Shown here: piece after piece, positions 40,433 through 55,400 of the stretch
Layout of the letters: each line of letters begins with the position of its first letter
How positions within the stretch are numbered: position 1 is the first letter of the stretch
Assembly (NCBI GenBank): GCA_002269645.1
Contig: NIVC01001463.1
Span: 124,001-188,000, forward strand
Length of the DNA stretch: 64,000 bases
From: Macrostomum lignano
Lineage: Eukaryota
Reading direction: 5' to 3'
The notes under the pieces: model-generated
Seen by the model: the letters and a program-made list of their open reading frames with translations, nothing else
Database searches by the model: none
What the model was told of the DNA's origin: nothing
Made by a program: the position numbers and the translations under genes

Positions 40433-42210
40433 ATGCAGTCCTATACAGCTGGCTCAGTTGAATTGGCTAGAATTAGCCATGGCAATGTCCACATGGAGTC
40501 CCAACAACCTGTCATTGTCACTAAACAGAAAGTTAGTAATAGAGAGCAGTTTTTCATGGCAATACCACCTATTCTGATGATCTGGTCAGGCTTGATACTA
40601 CTATTTGAAGTCATCACCATTGGGTTAGTATTTTTTGAGGGCACTGCGTCATTATTTGCTCCATTGCTTGTAGCAGTTGCATAGGTCAGTCGCATTAATT
40701 TTGGGTTAATTGGGAAATTCATGCCTTTGAGTAACTCATACCAGCTGCCAACCATGTACCCGACTATGAGAAAGTCAGGGCCTTGAGTTGGCAGAATGTG
40801 CATTATATTTATGTCTTCCGTGCCATTTGACATGGTTCGACTATCACCTTACTTTGTGGCAGTGCCACAAAAGCCAGCGAAGAGAAAATATTAGACAAGA
40901 GGGAAAGGTTAGAAGAGAAAGGAGAGGAGAGAAAAGAGAAGACAGGAGAGCAGTAAAGAAGGAAGAACAGTAGGAATAAAAAGGAGAGAACAGTGGAGAG
41001 TAGAGAAGTTAGAACAGTGGAGAGTAGAGTAGAGAGAACAGGGGAGAGTAGAGTAGAGAGAACAGGGGAGAGTAGAGTAGAGAGAACAGGGGAGAGTAGA
41101 GTAGAGAGAACAGGGGAGAGAGTAGAGTAGGGAGAACAGTAGAGAGTAGAGTAGGGGGAACAGTGGAGAGTAGAGAAGGGGGAACAGTGGAGAGTAGAGT
41201 AGGGAGAACAGGGGAGAGTAGAGTAGAGAGAACAGGGGAGAGTAGAGTAGAGAGAACAGGGGAGAGAGTAGATTAGGGAGAACAGTAGAGAGTAGAGTAG
41301 GGGGAACAGTGGAGAGTAGAGAAGGGGGAACAGTGGAGAGTAGAGTAGGGAGAACAGTGGAGAGTAGAGTAGAGAGAACAGGGGAGAGTAGAGTAGGGAG
41401 AACAGTGGAGAGTAGAGTAGGGATAACAGTGGAGAGTAGAGAAGGGAGAACAGGGGAGAGTAGAGAATGGAGAGCAGTGGAGATTAGAGATAAAAATGAG
41501 GAGATAAGGCGAAAAGCGAAAAGCGAACAGCAAAATCCCCAAGCTTTGAATCCCTACTGCACGCACCGTAGATTCCGCCGCAACTACGCTGTCTACGGCA
41601 GCGGCATTTGGGTCGGCCTGTCAGCCACCGGATTCTCCTGCCTGTTGTCGGCCAGCCTCGGCCGCTCCAGCCAGTCCTGGTCGGCCGGACTGACGGCCGG
41701 CGGCTCGGCCCTGCTAGCCGTGCTGGCAGCCGGCCTGGCCGTTGCCGGCTTTGAGTTGCACCGCGCCAAACTGCGGCTCAGCCAGCCGGGTAGCTGCGCC
41801 GCCTCCGGCAAACTAGTGATGGCAAAGTGCGCCTTCCAGCTGGTTGGCTACGCCGCATTTGCCGCGCTAGCAGGCGCCGTTTTGTACAGGACAGTCGGGC
41901 GGCTCTGCTCTGCCGCCGGAGATCAAGAAGCACAGATCCCGGCGCCAGAGACCAAGGACTTGTTGAATAGAGGCGACGGCCGGAAGCAGCCGAGAGGTTC
42001 CGCATTGGCGACTCCGAGCCAGGTGAGCTACTGTGCTTATTTTTAAATCTGCACATTTTAAACCCTGAAAGTGATCTTTAATTATTTGTTAATCCACCAC
42101 ACACACAGCAGCCGCAGATGCCACCACCGGAGCGGAGGCAGCAGCCACCGCAGCCCAAGCCTCGGCAGAGCATTCAACAGCAGCGTTCTGTACAGCTGAA
42201 TACTGCATAA
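40433..42210 (+). CDS. Four-transmembrane protein, CD20/MS4A-like topology (unrecognised gene, about 247 aa; may have further 5' exons)
   Basis: Exons 40433-40623 (GG|gttagt), 41572-42022 (cgtag|A ... CAG|gtgagc) and 42109-42210 (cacag|...TAA) join in frame. Four hydrophobic segments, a GSGIWVG motif at the start of TM2, and a Pro/Gln-rich tail. The exon 1 junction is the least certain. Confidence 0.65.
40900..41480. repeat. Purine-rich about 25-bp minisatellite (GAGTAGAGTAGAGAGAACAGGGGA)
   Basis: Directly visible; intron of the 4-TM gene. Confidence 0.88.
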
Positions 42211-42711
42211 GGCAGCGGCTTTTATCAATATTTGGTGCCAAGCGATCTGTTATTGAGCTGGACAAACAATTAGGGTTGAACCAATCAATCTTTTTTGCTA
42301 ATATTCTCATTTTTACTTCAGCTAGCTTTACTTCTGAGTTGCCACATTCAGAACTGCATTCCATTTTCATTCTCTGAATGACTTTTTTACATACCGCTTC
42401 TGAATTTAGTTGATTTTTTAATAACAGAAACACGGTGAAATTGTATAATCAGCTGTATTTCTTCATTATATTGCATGCATGTATATTCCTATGAATTTAA
42501 CTTGGTTGTAATTTTATTGTTCAGACAGTTTTCTCTAACAAATACAGTTATACCTTTTATTAACCACCCATTCCCGATTTTTTATTGGAAAAGTTGCACC
42601 AATCAAAACTTTCCGATCTGAAGTAAATTTGAGTTTCGTTCTATTAATACGAAGTACAAATCTTAAAAGTACATTTATCAGCTTACGAATTATAAATTAA
42701 AAGGCCATATA

Positions 42712-45700
42712 GAGTCACTGAAGGGCCAGAGGGTAGCGGATAGGGTCACTGAAGGTCAGAGAGTAGCGGATAGGGGCAGAGAATAGCGGATATGGTCACT
42801 GAAGGTTCAGAGAATAGCGGATAGGGTCATTGAAGGATTAAAGTAGCTGATAGGGTCACTGAAGGTTCAGAGAATAGCGGATAGGGTCATTGAAGGATTA
42901 AAGTAGCTGATAGGGTCACTGAAGGTTCAGAGAATAGTGGATAGGGTCACTGAAGGATTAGAGTAGCTGATAGGGTCACTGAAGGTTCAGAGAGTAGCTG
43001 ATAGGGTCACTGAAGGGTCAGAGGGTAGCGGATATGGTCACTGAAGGTTCAGAGAATAGCGGATAGGGTCATTGAAGGATTAAAGTAGCTGATAGGGTCA
43101 CTGAAGGTTCAGAGAATAGCGGATAGGGTCATTGAAGGATTAAAGTAGCTGATAGGGTCACTGAAGGTTCAGAGAATAGCGGATAGGGTCACTGAAGGAT
43201 TAGAGTAGCTGATAGGGTCACTGAAGGTTCAGAGAGTAGCTGATAGGGTCACTGAAGGGTCAGAGGGTAGCGGATATGGTCACTGAAGGTTCAGAGAATA
43301 GCGGATAGGGTCATTGAAGGATTAAAGTAGCTGATAGGGTCACTGAAGGTTCAGAGAATAGCGGATAGGGTCATTGAAGGATTAAAGTAGCTGATAGGGT
43401 CACTGAAGGTTCAGAGAATAGCGGATAGGGTCATTGAAGGATTAAAGTAGCTGATAGGGTCACTGAAGGTTCAGAGAATAGCGGATAGGGTCATTGAAGG
43501 ATTAAAGTAGCTGATAGGGTCACTGAAGGTTCAGAGAATAGCGGATAGGGTCATTGAAGGATTAAAGTAGCTGATAGGGTCACTGAAGGTTCAGAGAGTA
43601 GCTGATAGGGTCACTGAAGGTCAGAGAGTAGCGGATAGGGGCAGAGAATAGCGGATATGGTCACTGAAGGATTAGAGTAGCTGATAGGGTCACTGAAGGT
43701 TCAGAGAATAGCGGATAGGGTCATTGAAGGATTAGAGTAGCTGATAGGGTCACTGAAGGTTCAGAGAATAGTGGATAGGGTCACTGAAGGATTAGAGTAG
43801 CTGATAGGGTCACTGAAGGTTCAGAGAGTAGCTGATAGGGTCACTGAAGGGTCAGAGGGTAGCGGATATGGTCACTGAAGGTTCAGAGAATAGCGGATAG
43901 GGTCATTGAAGGATTAAAGTAGCTGATAGGGTCACTGAAGGTTCAGAGAATAGCGGATAGGGTCATTGAAGGATTAAAGTAGCTGATAGGGTCACTGAAG
44001 GTTCAGAGAATAGCGGATAGGGTCATTGAAGGATTAAAGTAGCTGATAGGGTCACTGAAGGTTCAGAGAATAGCGGATAGGGTCATTGAAGGATTAGAGT
44101 AGCTGATAGGGTCACTGAAGGTTCAGAGAATAGTGAATAGGGTCACTGAAGGATTAGAGTAGCTGATAGGGTCACTGAAGGGCCAGAGAATAGCGGATAG
44201 GGTCACTGAAGGTTTAGAGTAGCTGATAGGGTCACTGAAGGTTCAGAGAATAGTGGATAGGGTCACTGAAGGATTAGAGTAGCTGATAGGGTCACTGAAG
44301 GTTCAGAGAGTAGCTGATAGGGTCACTGAAGGGTCAGAGGGTAGCGGATATGGTCACTGAAGGTTCAGAGAATAGCGGATAGGGTCATTGAAGGATTAAA
44401 GTAGCTGATAGGGTCACTGAAGGTTCAGAGAATAGCGGATAGGGTCATTGAAGGATTAAAGTAGCTGATAGGGTCACTGAAGGTTCAGAGAATAGTGGAT
44501 AGGGTCACTGAAGGATTAGAGTAGCTGATAGGGTCACTGAAGGTTCAGAGAGTAGCTGATAGGGTCACTGAAGGGTCAGAGGGTAGCGGATATGGTCACT
44601 GAAGGTTCAGAGAATAGCGGATAGGGTCATTGAAGGATTAAAGTAGCTGATAGGGTCACTGAAGGTTCAGAGAATAGCGGATAGGGTCATTGAAGGATTA
44701 AAGTAGCTGATAGGGTCACTGAAGGTTCAGAGAATAGCGGATAGGGTCATTGAAGGATTAAAGTAGCTGATAGGGTCACTGAAGGTTCAGAGAATAGCGG
44801 ATAGGGTCATTGAAGGATTAGAGTAGCTGATAGGGTCACTGAAGGTTCAGAGAATAGTGAATAGGGTCACTGAAGGATTAGAGTAGCTGATAGGGTCACT
44901 GAAGGGCCAGAGAATAGCGGATAGGGTCACTGAAGGTTTAGAGTAGCTGATAGGGTCACTGAAGGTTCAGAGAATAGTGGATAGGGTCACTGAAGGATTA
45001 GAGTAGCTGATAGGGTCACTGAAGGTTCAGAGAGTAGCTGATAGGGTCACTGAAGGGTCAGAGGGTAGCGGATATGGTCACTGAAGGTTCAGAGAATAGC
45101 GGATAGGGTCATTGAAGGATTAAAGTAGCTGATAGGGTCACTGAAGGTTCAGAGAATAGCGGATAGGGTCATTGAAGGATTAAAGTAGCTGATAGGGTCA
45201 CTGAAGGTTCAGAGAATAGCGGATAGGGTCATTGAAGGATTAGAGTAGCTGATAGGGTCACTGAAGGTTCAGAGAATAGTGAATAGGGTCACTGAAGGAT
45301 TAGAGTAGCTGATAGGGTCACTGAAGGGCCAGAGAATAGCGGATAGGGTCACTGAAGGATTAGAGTAGCTAATAGGGTCACTGAAGGTTCAGAGAGTAGC
45401 TGATAGGGTCACTGAAGGGTCAGAGGGTAGCGGATATGGTCACTGAAGGTTCAGAGAATAGCGGATAGGGTCATTGAAGGATTAAAGTAGCTGATAGGGT
45501 CACTGAAGGTTCAGAGAATAGCGGATAGGGTCATTGAAGGATTAAAGTAGCTGATAGGGTCACTGAAGGTTCAGAGAATAGCGGATAGGGTCATTGAAGG
45601 ATTAGAGTAGCTGATAGGGTCACTGAAGGTTCAGAGAATAGTGGATAGGGTCACTGAAGGATTAGAGTAGCTGATAGGGTCACTGAAGGTTCAGAGAGTA

Positions 45701-45990
45701 GCTGATAGGGTCACTGAAGGGTCAGAGGGTAGCGGATATGGTCACTGAAGGTTCAGAGAGTAGCGGATAGAGTCACTGAAGGATTAGAGTAGCTGATAGG
45801 GTCACTGAAGGGTCAGAGGGTAGCGGATATGGTCACTGAAGGTTCAGAGAGTAGCGGATAGAGTCACTGAAGGATTAGAGTAGCTGATAGGGTCACTAAA
45901 GGTCAGGGAGTAGCGGATAGAGTCACTGAAGGATTAGAGTAGCTGATAGGGTCACTAAAGGTCAGGGAGTAGCGGATAGGGTCACTGTAG
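42712..45990. repeat. 3.3-kb satellite with a 60-bp dimer of 31- and 29-bp monomers (GATAGGGTCACTGAAGG core)
   Basis: Lines starting 43321-43501 are identical at a 60-bp period; lies between two convergent 3' ends. Confidence 0.96.
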
Positions 45991-46897
45991 GATCAGACAG
46001 TATGATCCAATTGAAATATTACCTTTGTTTTTTATAAGCAATGATTTTATAAGCAAACAAATGGGTTACAGTTTATTAGTCGAAATAACAAATAAAACTC
46101 CAATCCGCAGAATGGCCATAATGATAGTTGTATATTGGTATAGAAACAGATTTAATTACTACGAGTATGTGCATAGCAGTCGCAACCTTGTACAGTTGGA
46201 GGTTTTGAGCACACAGTATCTCAATTAGACAACAACCAGTACATTCATTTATTGAACTGTGATACAAAAGAACAACACCAAAGGCTATATTTAGATACAG
46301 AGAGAAGTCTCAGTCCTCACCGTTAAATAACAAATTATAGAATCAGAGACAAGTTGAATGTGCAGCCGACCTGGATAGCAACAAGGCAATTAATTAAATA
46401 ATTTCAAACTTGGCAATAGTCAATTATTCTTAAATCAAGGCAGGCACGTCTCATTCACAGGGACTAGCTTAGCATTTCTTTATTAATAATATAACTCTAT
46501 TTATATTACAGTGCAACGTGTCGCACTAATTTTGGAATGGCTGACATTAATAGTTTATATTATAACAAAACCTAATAAGATCATTTAGCTTGCGAGTAAA
46601 TTATTACAATAAAAAACAAATACAAGAAAAGAGGCAGGTCGCATCCATACGGAATAATAAGATAATATATTGAAGAAATCGCTTGGGTAGAAGGAAATCA
46701 AAATTTTACAAATAGATTAAAAATATGATGATAATAGTAATAATTAAAACTATTGAGAAAGAAAGTTGCACTGTTATACCGGTGGCTATTAAAAAACATC
46801 CCGCAAGCGACGAACCCACACCAACAGCGCGTCTGGCTCAACTCTGGGAATGTCCGAGAGCTGAACCGGACAATCCAGTTTTCTGAGCCGGACAATT

Positions 46898-50203
<3,306 letters not shown>

Positions 50204-51299
50204 TTTGGAGAAGATTTTAGAGCGATAGACTTTCTTCGATTAGACAAAGGATAGCAACTAAATTGCAAATGCCAATATGATTGACAAACGAAAGTTGTTA
50301 GTGGTCGAGTTAATTACTCAGGTATAATATTTCCAAGATAATTATAAGGTTAAAAAGTCATCTGATTATGTAGATAAACAAAAATACAATATCTTTAACT
50401 TTTGGTAACATTAAGCAATCTAAAAGATACTTTTGCAGTTTTTATAATATTATATCTTTGCATGTCCTTAAGTATAAAAGAGTTTAAAAAAAAACAGCTA
50501 AGCTTTATAACACGGAGCAAGTTACATTTCCTCAACTGGCAAATTCGTCAACGGCAACGGGCATTACAGTTTTAAAATAGTTGCACATTAGTCAAAAGTA
50601 GCGTAAAGTACTACTGACTGCAGGGATTTTCTCGAGCGATGTTCACATTCGTATTCGTAAATAATAAAAACTTTTGATTCTAAAGCACAACACCTTATAG
50701 TTTTTACAGGAAAAGCATCACCCACGAGAACGAGATAAACTGCATTGTAAAAATGGAGCTTACGATTAAAGTATTTTTTATAATTTGCAAAAAACTGATG
50801 CTTTCCAATCTCCTTAGTTTATTAGATTGTTATTCGAGTTCGAGTACTTTTAACTTCCGCTCGCAATTTCTGTCGCTGAAAATTAACATGCGCGAAATTT
50901 ATGTAGACACTAATTCATTCCTTTAGCGAAATAATGCTTGCGAACTAACAGAGAAACTGGATATTCCTTGCAATTTTTTATCGTCCAATGAATTTTTATG
51001 ATTGCCAGGGGCGATTCTTTTGTATGGTTGAATCCTAACTAACCCTTAGCTAATTAACCCTGCTGATCGAATCACTTCATTTCTCTAAGCAGTTCCCCTC
51101 ATAAGCCTTAAGACATTTCAACCATTCCCCTGAGCCACAGAATTTTAACAATTCCCCATTAGCCTCGATCGTTATCTTAACAATTCTCCATTGCCAAAAA
51201 ATACACGCGCGCAAGCTTACGTACTGATGCCTAATTACATGTAAATGTTGACTGACGCTTCATCTTCCCAGGTTCCTGCTTCTGCTTCTGATTTATGTC

Positions 51300-51640
51300 T
51301 TTGTCTAACAGGCGTCTTTTCCATGTATAACAGGGGTCTTTTCCATGTCTAACAGGCGTCTTTTCGATCCATGTCTACAGGGGTCTTTTCCATGTCTAAC
51401 AGGGGTTTTTTCCATGTCTAACAGGGTCTTTTCCATGTCTAACAGGGTCTTTTCCATGTCTAACAGGCGTCTTTTTCATGTCTAACAGGGTCTTTTTCAT
51501 GTCTAACAGGCGTCTTTTTCATGTCTAACAGGCGTCTTTTTCATGTCTAACAGGCGTCTTTTTCATGTCTAACAGGGTCTTTTTCATGTCTAACAGGCGT
51601 CTTTTTCATGTCTAACAGGCGTATTTTCCATGTCTAAGTT
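51300..51640. repeat. 21-22-bp minisatellite family B (TTTTCCATGTCTAACAGGCGTC), locus 1
   Basis: Core TGTCTAACAG shared with the 52.6-kb and 59.1-kb arrays. Confidence 0.88.
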
Positions 51641-52395
51641 TTTTTCCATGTCCGATGGGTGCTTTCCTTTTCAATAGGAGTCTTTTTCCGGTTTTCTGCT
51701 TTTGCCGATAAGTATACACGCAATATGTTAAATTAATAGTTTAATGGTCCCATCCTGTATTGAGTGTTTAGGTTTTCAATGGAATTTGAATTGAAATTCA
51801 AATGGCTTTTAAAATAATTTTGAGTGTGCAATTCAAGCTTTTAAACTGTTCCCGTTGTAAAATATTCGCTAAAGTCCATGTAAACTGGACAGGGCTCGCG
51901 TGCGGACATGTACTTTTGTATTTGAACTCAAATAGTTTATAGACTTAGTGAATCGCAAAAATTATTAATTCATTATAGTAAATTAGTAGTATGATAACAA
52001 AAAACCTTTGCAGAGTTAGAAATCGTGAAACAAAACAATATTTTAAACAATTACAAGTTTGCTTAGTTCGAAATTTATCCACATTGTATATGCTGCTTGA
52101 ACTTTAAAAAAAAGGTTCGAAAAGGAAGTTGTTATTGTTAACAATTACATGTATGAAATATATCGTTACAGAAATTTTAAACGTTTTAAACCATACTTTT
52201 TCTTTAATAGCTTGTATACAATTTTTTTATTAAAAAATATTTTTCAACCCCAATTAAATTTCAACAATTGGTTAATTTGTATATACTGTAGGGGATTTAT
52301 TTAACTCGGTGAAAATTCTCCCTACGATGCGGTCTGTTGCGCAATCGAGCCCTGATCAGCGGCCGGCCGGCCACTGTTGTCCCCGCCGCCCTTCT

Positions 52396-52473
52396 TCATC
52401 CAACCATGGTGAGAATTTTGTCCAGCTTCTCCACCTGCGCCTGCGGCCCTGGCTGGGCGGCGCCCTTTTTCTC
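52396..52473 (-). CDS. DNAI1: DNAI1 last coding exon ([25 protein letters not shown])
   Basis: Acceptor ttcgcag|GAG; matches the conserved EKKG...KLDKLL C-terminus. Confidence 0.88.
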   Translation of the reverse strand, partial: EKKGAAQPGPQAQVEKLDKILTMVG

Positions 52474-55400
52474 CTGCGAATGGCGAGGTGAAGTGTTGAT
52501 GCAAAAATATTTAATAACACCGTCTCAGAATTCCGTTTTAAATCGGTGTACAGGTTTGCCTCGATTATAACAAACAAGTGTCTTACTCTGACTAACTGGT
52601 GTTTTACCTGATTATAACAAGGGCCTTCCTTGTCTAACAGGTGTCTTTTCGATGTCTAACAGGTGTCTTTTTCATGTCTAACAGGTGTCTTTTCCATGTC
52701 TAACAGGTGTCTTTTCCATGTCTAACAGGTGTCTTTTCCATGTACCTAACAGGTGTCGTTTCGATGTCTAACATGTGTCTTTTCCATGTCTAACAGGTGT
52801 CTCTTCGATGTCTAACAGGTGTCTTAAAGGTGTCATTTTCATGTGTAATGTGTCTTAAATAAGATCACGTAGGCTGCCAAAAGGTACAGAACCGCTTTCT
52901 AACTAATAATATTTACTCAATGTTCTAATCTTATATCTCTTAAGTTAACAGCTTTTAAACAATCTCCTATTAATTGGACAAGGTCAAACAAAAATATACC
53001 GAAGGTTTTTGTTTACCCGTAAAAAATCACGAATAACTGAACACTATACGGTATAACAAAGGCAATCTATATGTGAATAACAATGAGGCACAAAAGTGAA
53101 AAAGTAAATGAATTACAACAAAAATATAATATAATCGGCGCGACGACGTAAATTCGAATATGCTACGAGAGTACTAAGTAAGCTACTAATATTTGCTATT
53201 GAAAGGGGGTATTTTTATAAACTTTTATTGAGGCTTCAACTCAAAAATATAAATACGTGATGCTGAAATGAGTCCATTTGAATTCTTTAATGTGACTGGA
53301 CTGCAACACTGAGTAAAATTCTTATAGATTAACTGTTACCAAGTCGAACTGGGCGGTTTTTAATTTCGCCAAAGGCGAGCAGCATGCTGTCAGGATTAAA
53401 GTGATTTTTTGGCAGCCAATATTAAGGTGAGCAGGATGTATTGATGCCGATTAATACCAGAAATTGTACTGTTGCAACATGCGGCAGGATATGTGACGGC
53501 TAGTAAGAGTAGCTGGCATGACGACCGCGGAGCTTACATAGCGACCGTTGCAAGAGACGTACGGCGGTGGACGCTCCATAGACCCCAATGAACTGAGGCG
53601 GGAGGGGTAGAGATGGAGGCTCCGTAGACCCCAATGAACTGAGGCGGGAGGGGTAGAGATGGAGGCTCCGTAGACCCCAATGAACTGAGGCGGGAGGGGT
53701 AGAGATGGAGCCTCCATAGACCCCAATGAACTGAGGCGGGAGGGGTAGAGATGGAGCCTCCATAGACCCCTACAATGAACTGAGGCGGGAGGGGTAGAGA
53801 TGGAGGCTCCGTAGACCCCTACAAAGAACTGAAGCGGGAGGGGTAGAGATGGAGGCTCCGTAGACCCCTACAATGAACTGAAGCGGGAGGGGTAGAGATG
53901 GAGGCTCCGTAGACCCCTACAATGAACTGAAGCGGGAGGGGTAGAGATGGAGGCTCCGTAGACCCCTACAATGAACTGAAGCGGGAGGGGTAGAGATGGA
54001 GGCTCCGTAGACCCCTAAAATGAACTGAGGCGGGAAGGGGTTGAGATGGAGGTCCCAATGAGTCACAATGACTTGAGGCAGGGCTCATTCCACATTGACT
54101 TCCGCAGATTTGCATGCAAAATAGCGGAGAGGAAAACGGCTATTCAACAATATTTTGAGTATCCTCCGTTTACCAAGTCTGACAGAAGGCGAGGACCAAG
54201 AATATTTGCTGGAAAGTTCGATTTCCTCCGATTCGGAGGCAAATCGTCGTCTGCGACAGCGCCAACATTTGTTACCTCGCGTTCCAGACTGCTAGGTGAA
54301 GATCCTGGGAGCTGGAGGGCATGATTCGCAAGATTTTTGCGATGTTTCGCCCAATTTTTTTAGAAAAAATATACATAATTTTTTATGTGCAGAGGTTTAA
54401 AGACTTTAATAGCTTTGCAAATAAAAGTTACTCATTTGGTATGAAATGTAAAAAGGTAAAATGTCAAGTGGCTCTGGGGAAGAGAGATAGAAAGTAATAG
54501 AAATAGAGGCTCATTGTACCTCAGTAGTAAAGACAACTTTTAACCAAACTAGAATTAGGGGTTCTACGATCGTACGTCGTACTTAAATGTCACTACATTT
54601 TAAATATATCGGTTTACCTTTTCAAAGAATCCGGCCTCCTAAAGTGTACAGTTTTGCATTGGCAAGTTAGGTTATCAGTAGGTTATCCAGGCTCAAGCTA
54701 ACAGCAGGACGGTAGGATCCGGTAGGATGTCTCATGGTCAAGCTAACGGATCCGGTAGGATGTCTCATGGTCAAGCCAACGGATCCGGTAGGATGTCTCA
54801 TGGTCAAGCCAACGGATCCGGTAGGATGTCTCATGGTCAAGCTAACGGATCCGGTAGGCCGGATATCTCATGGTCAAGCCAACGGATCCGGTAGGATGTC
54901 TCATGGTCAAGCCAACGGATCCGGTAGGATGTCTCATGGTCAAGCTAACGGATCCGGTAGGATGTCTCATGGTCAAGCCAACGGATCCGGTAGGATGTCT
55001 CATGGTCAAGCTAACGGATCCGGTAGGATGTCTCATGGTCAAGCTAACGGATCCGGTAGGATGTCTCATGGTCAAGCTAACGGATCCGGTAGGATGTCTC
55101 ATGGTCAAGCTAACGGATCCGGTAGGATGTCTCATGGTCAAGCTAACGGATCCGGTAGGATGTCTCATGGTCAAGCCAACGGATCCGGTAGGATATCTCA
55201 TTTTCAAGCCAACGCAACCTGAAGGATATCTCAGGGTCTGGTAACATCCCAGGATCAGCTGATAATACGTTCTTTTGTTATCATTTTTCCTCTGATTGGT
55301 AAATAGCTCTTAATTCAGTCAATCTTGCATTGTTCTACGCACGCGGCAAATAAAAATTACTTTAATTTGGGTCTTAGAAACTCAGTCAGACACAAGACTT

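Noticed and set aside
40441-40833. 130-aa minus-strand ORF
   Set aside because: Antisense to the first exon of the 4-TM gene, with no recognisable domain or splice context.
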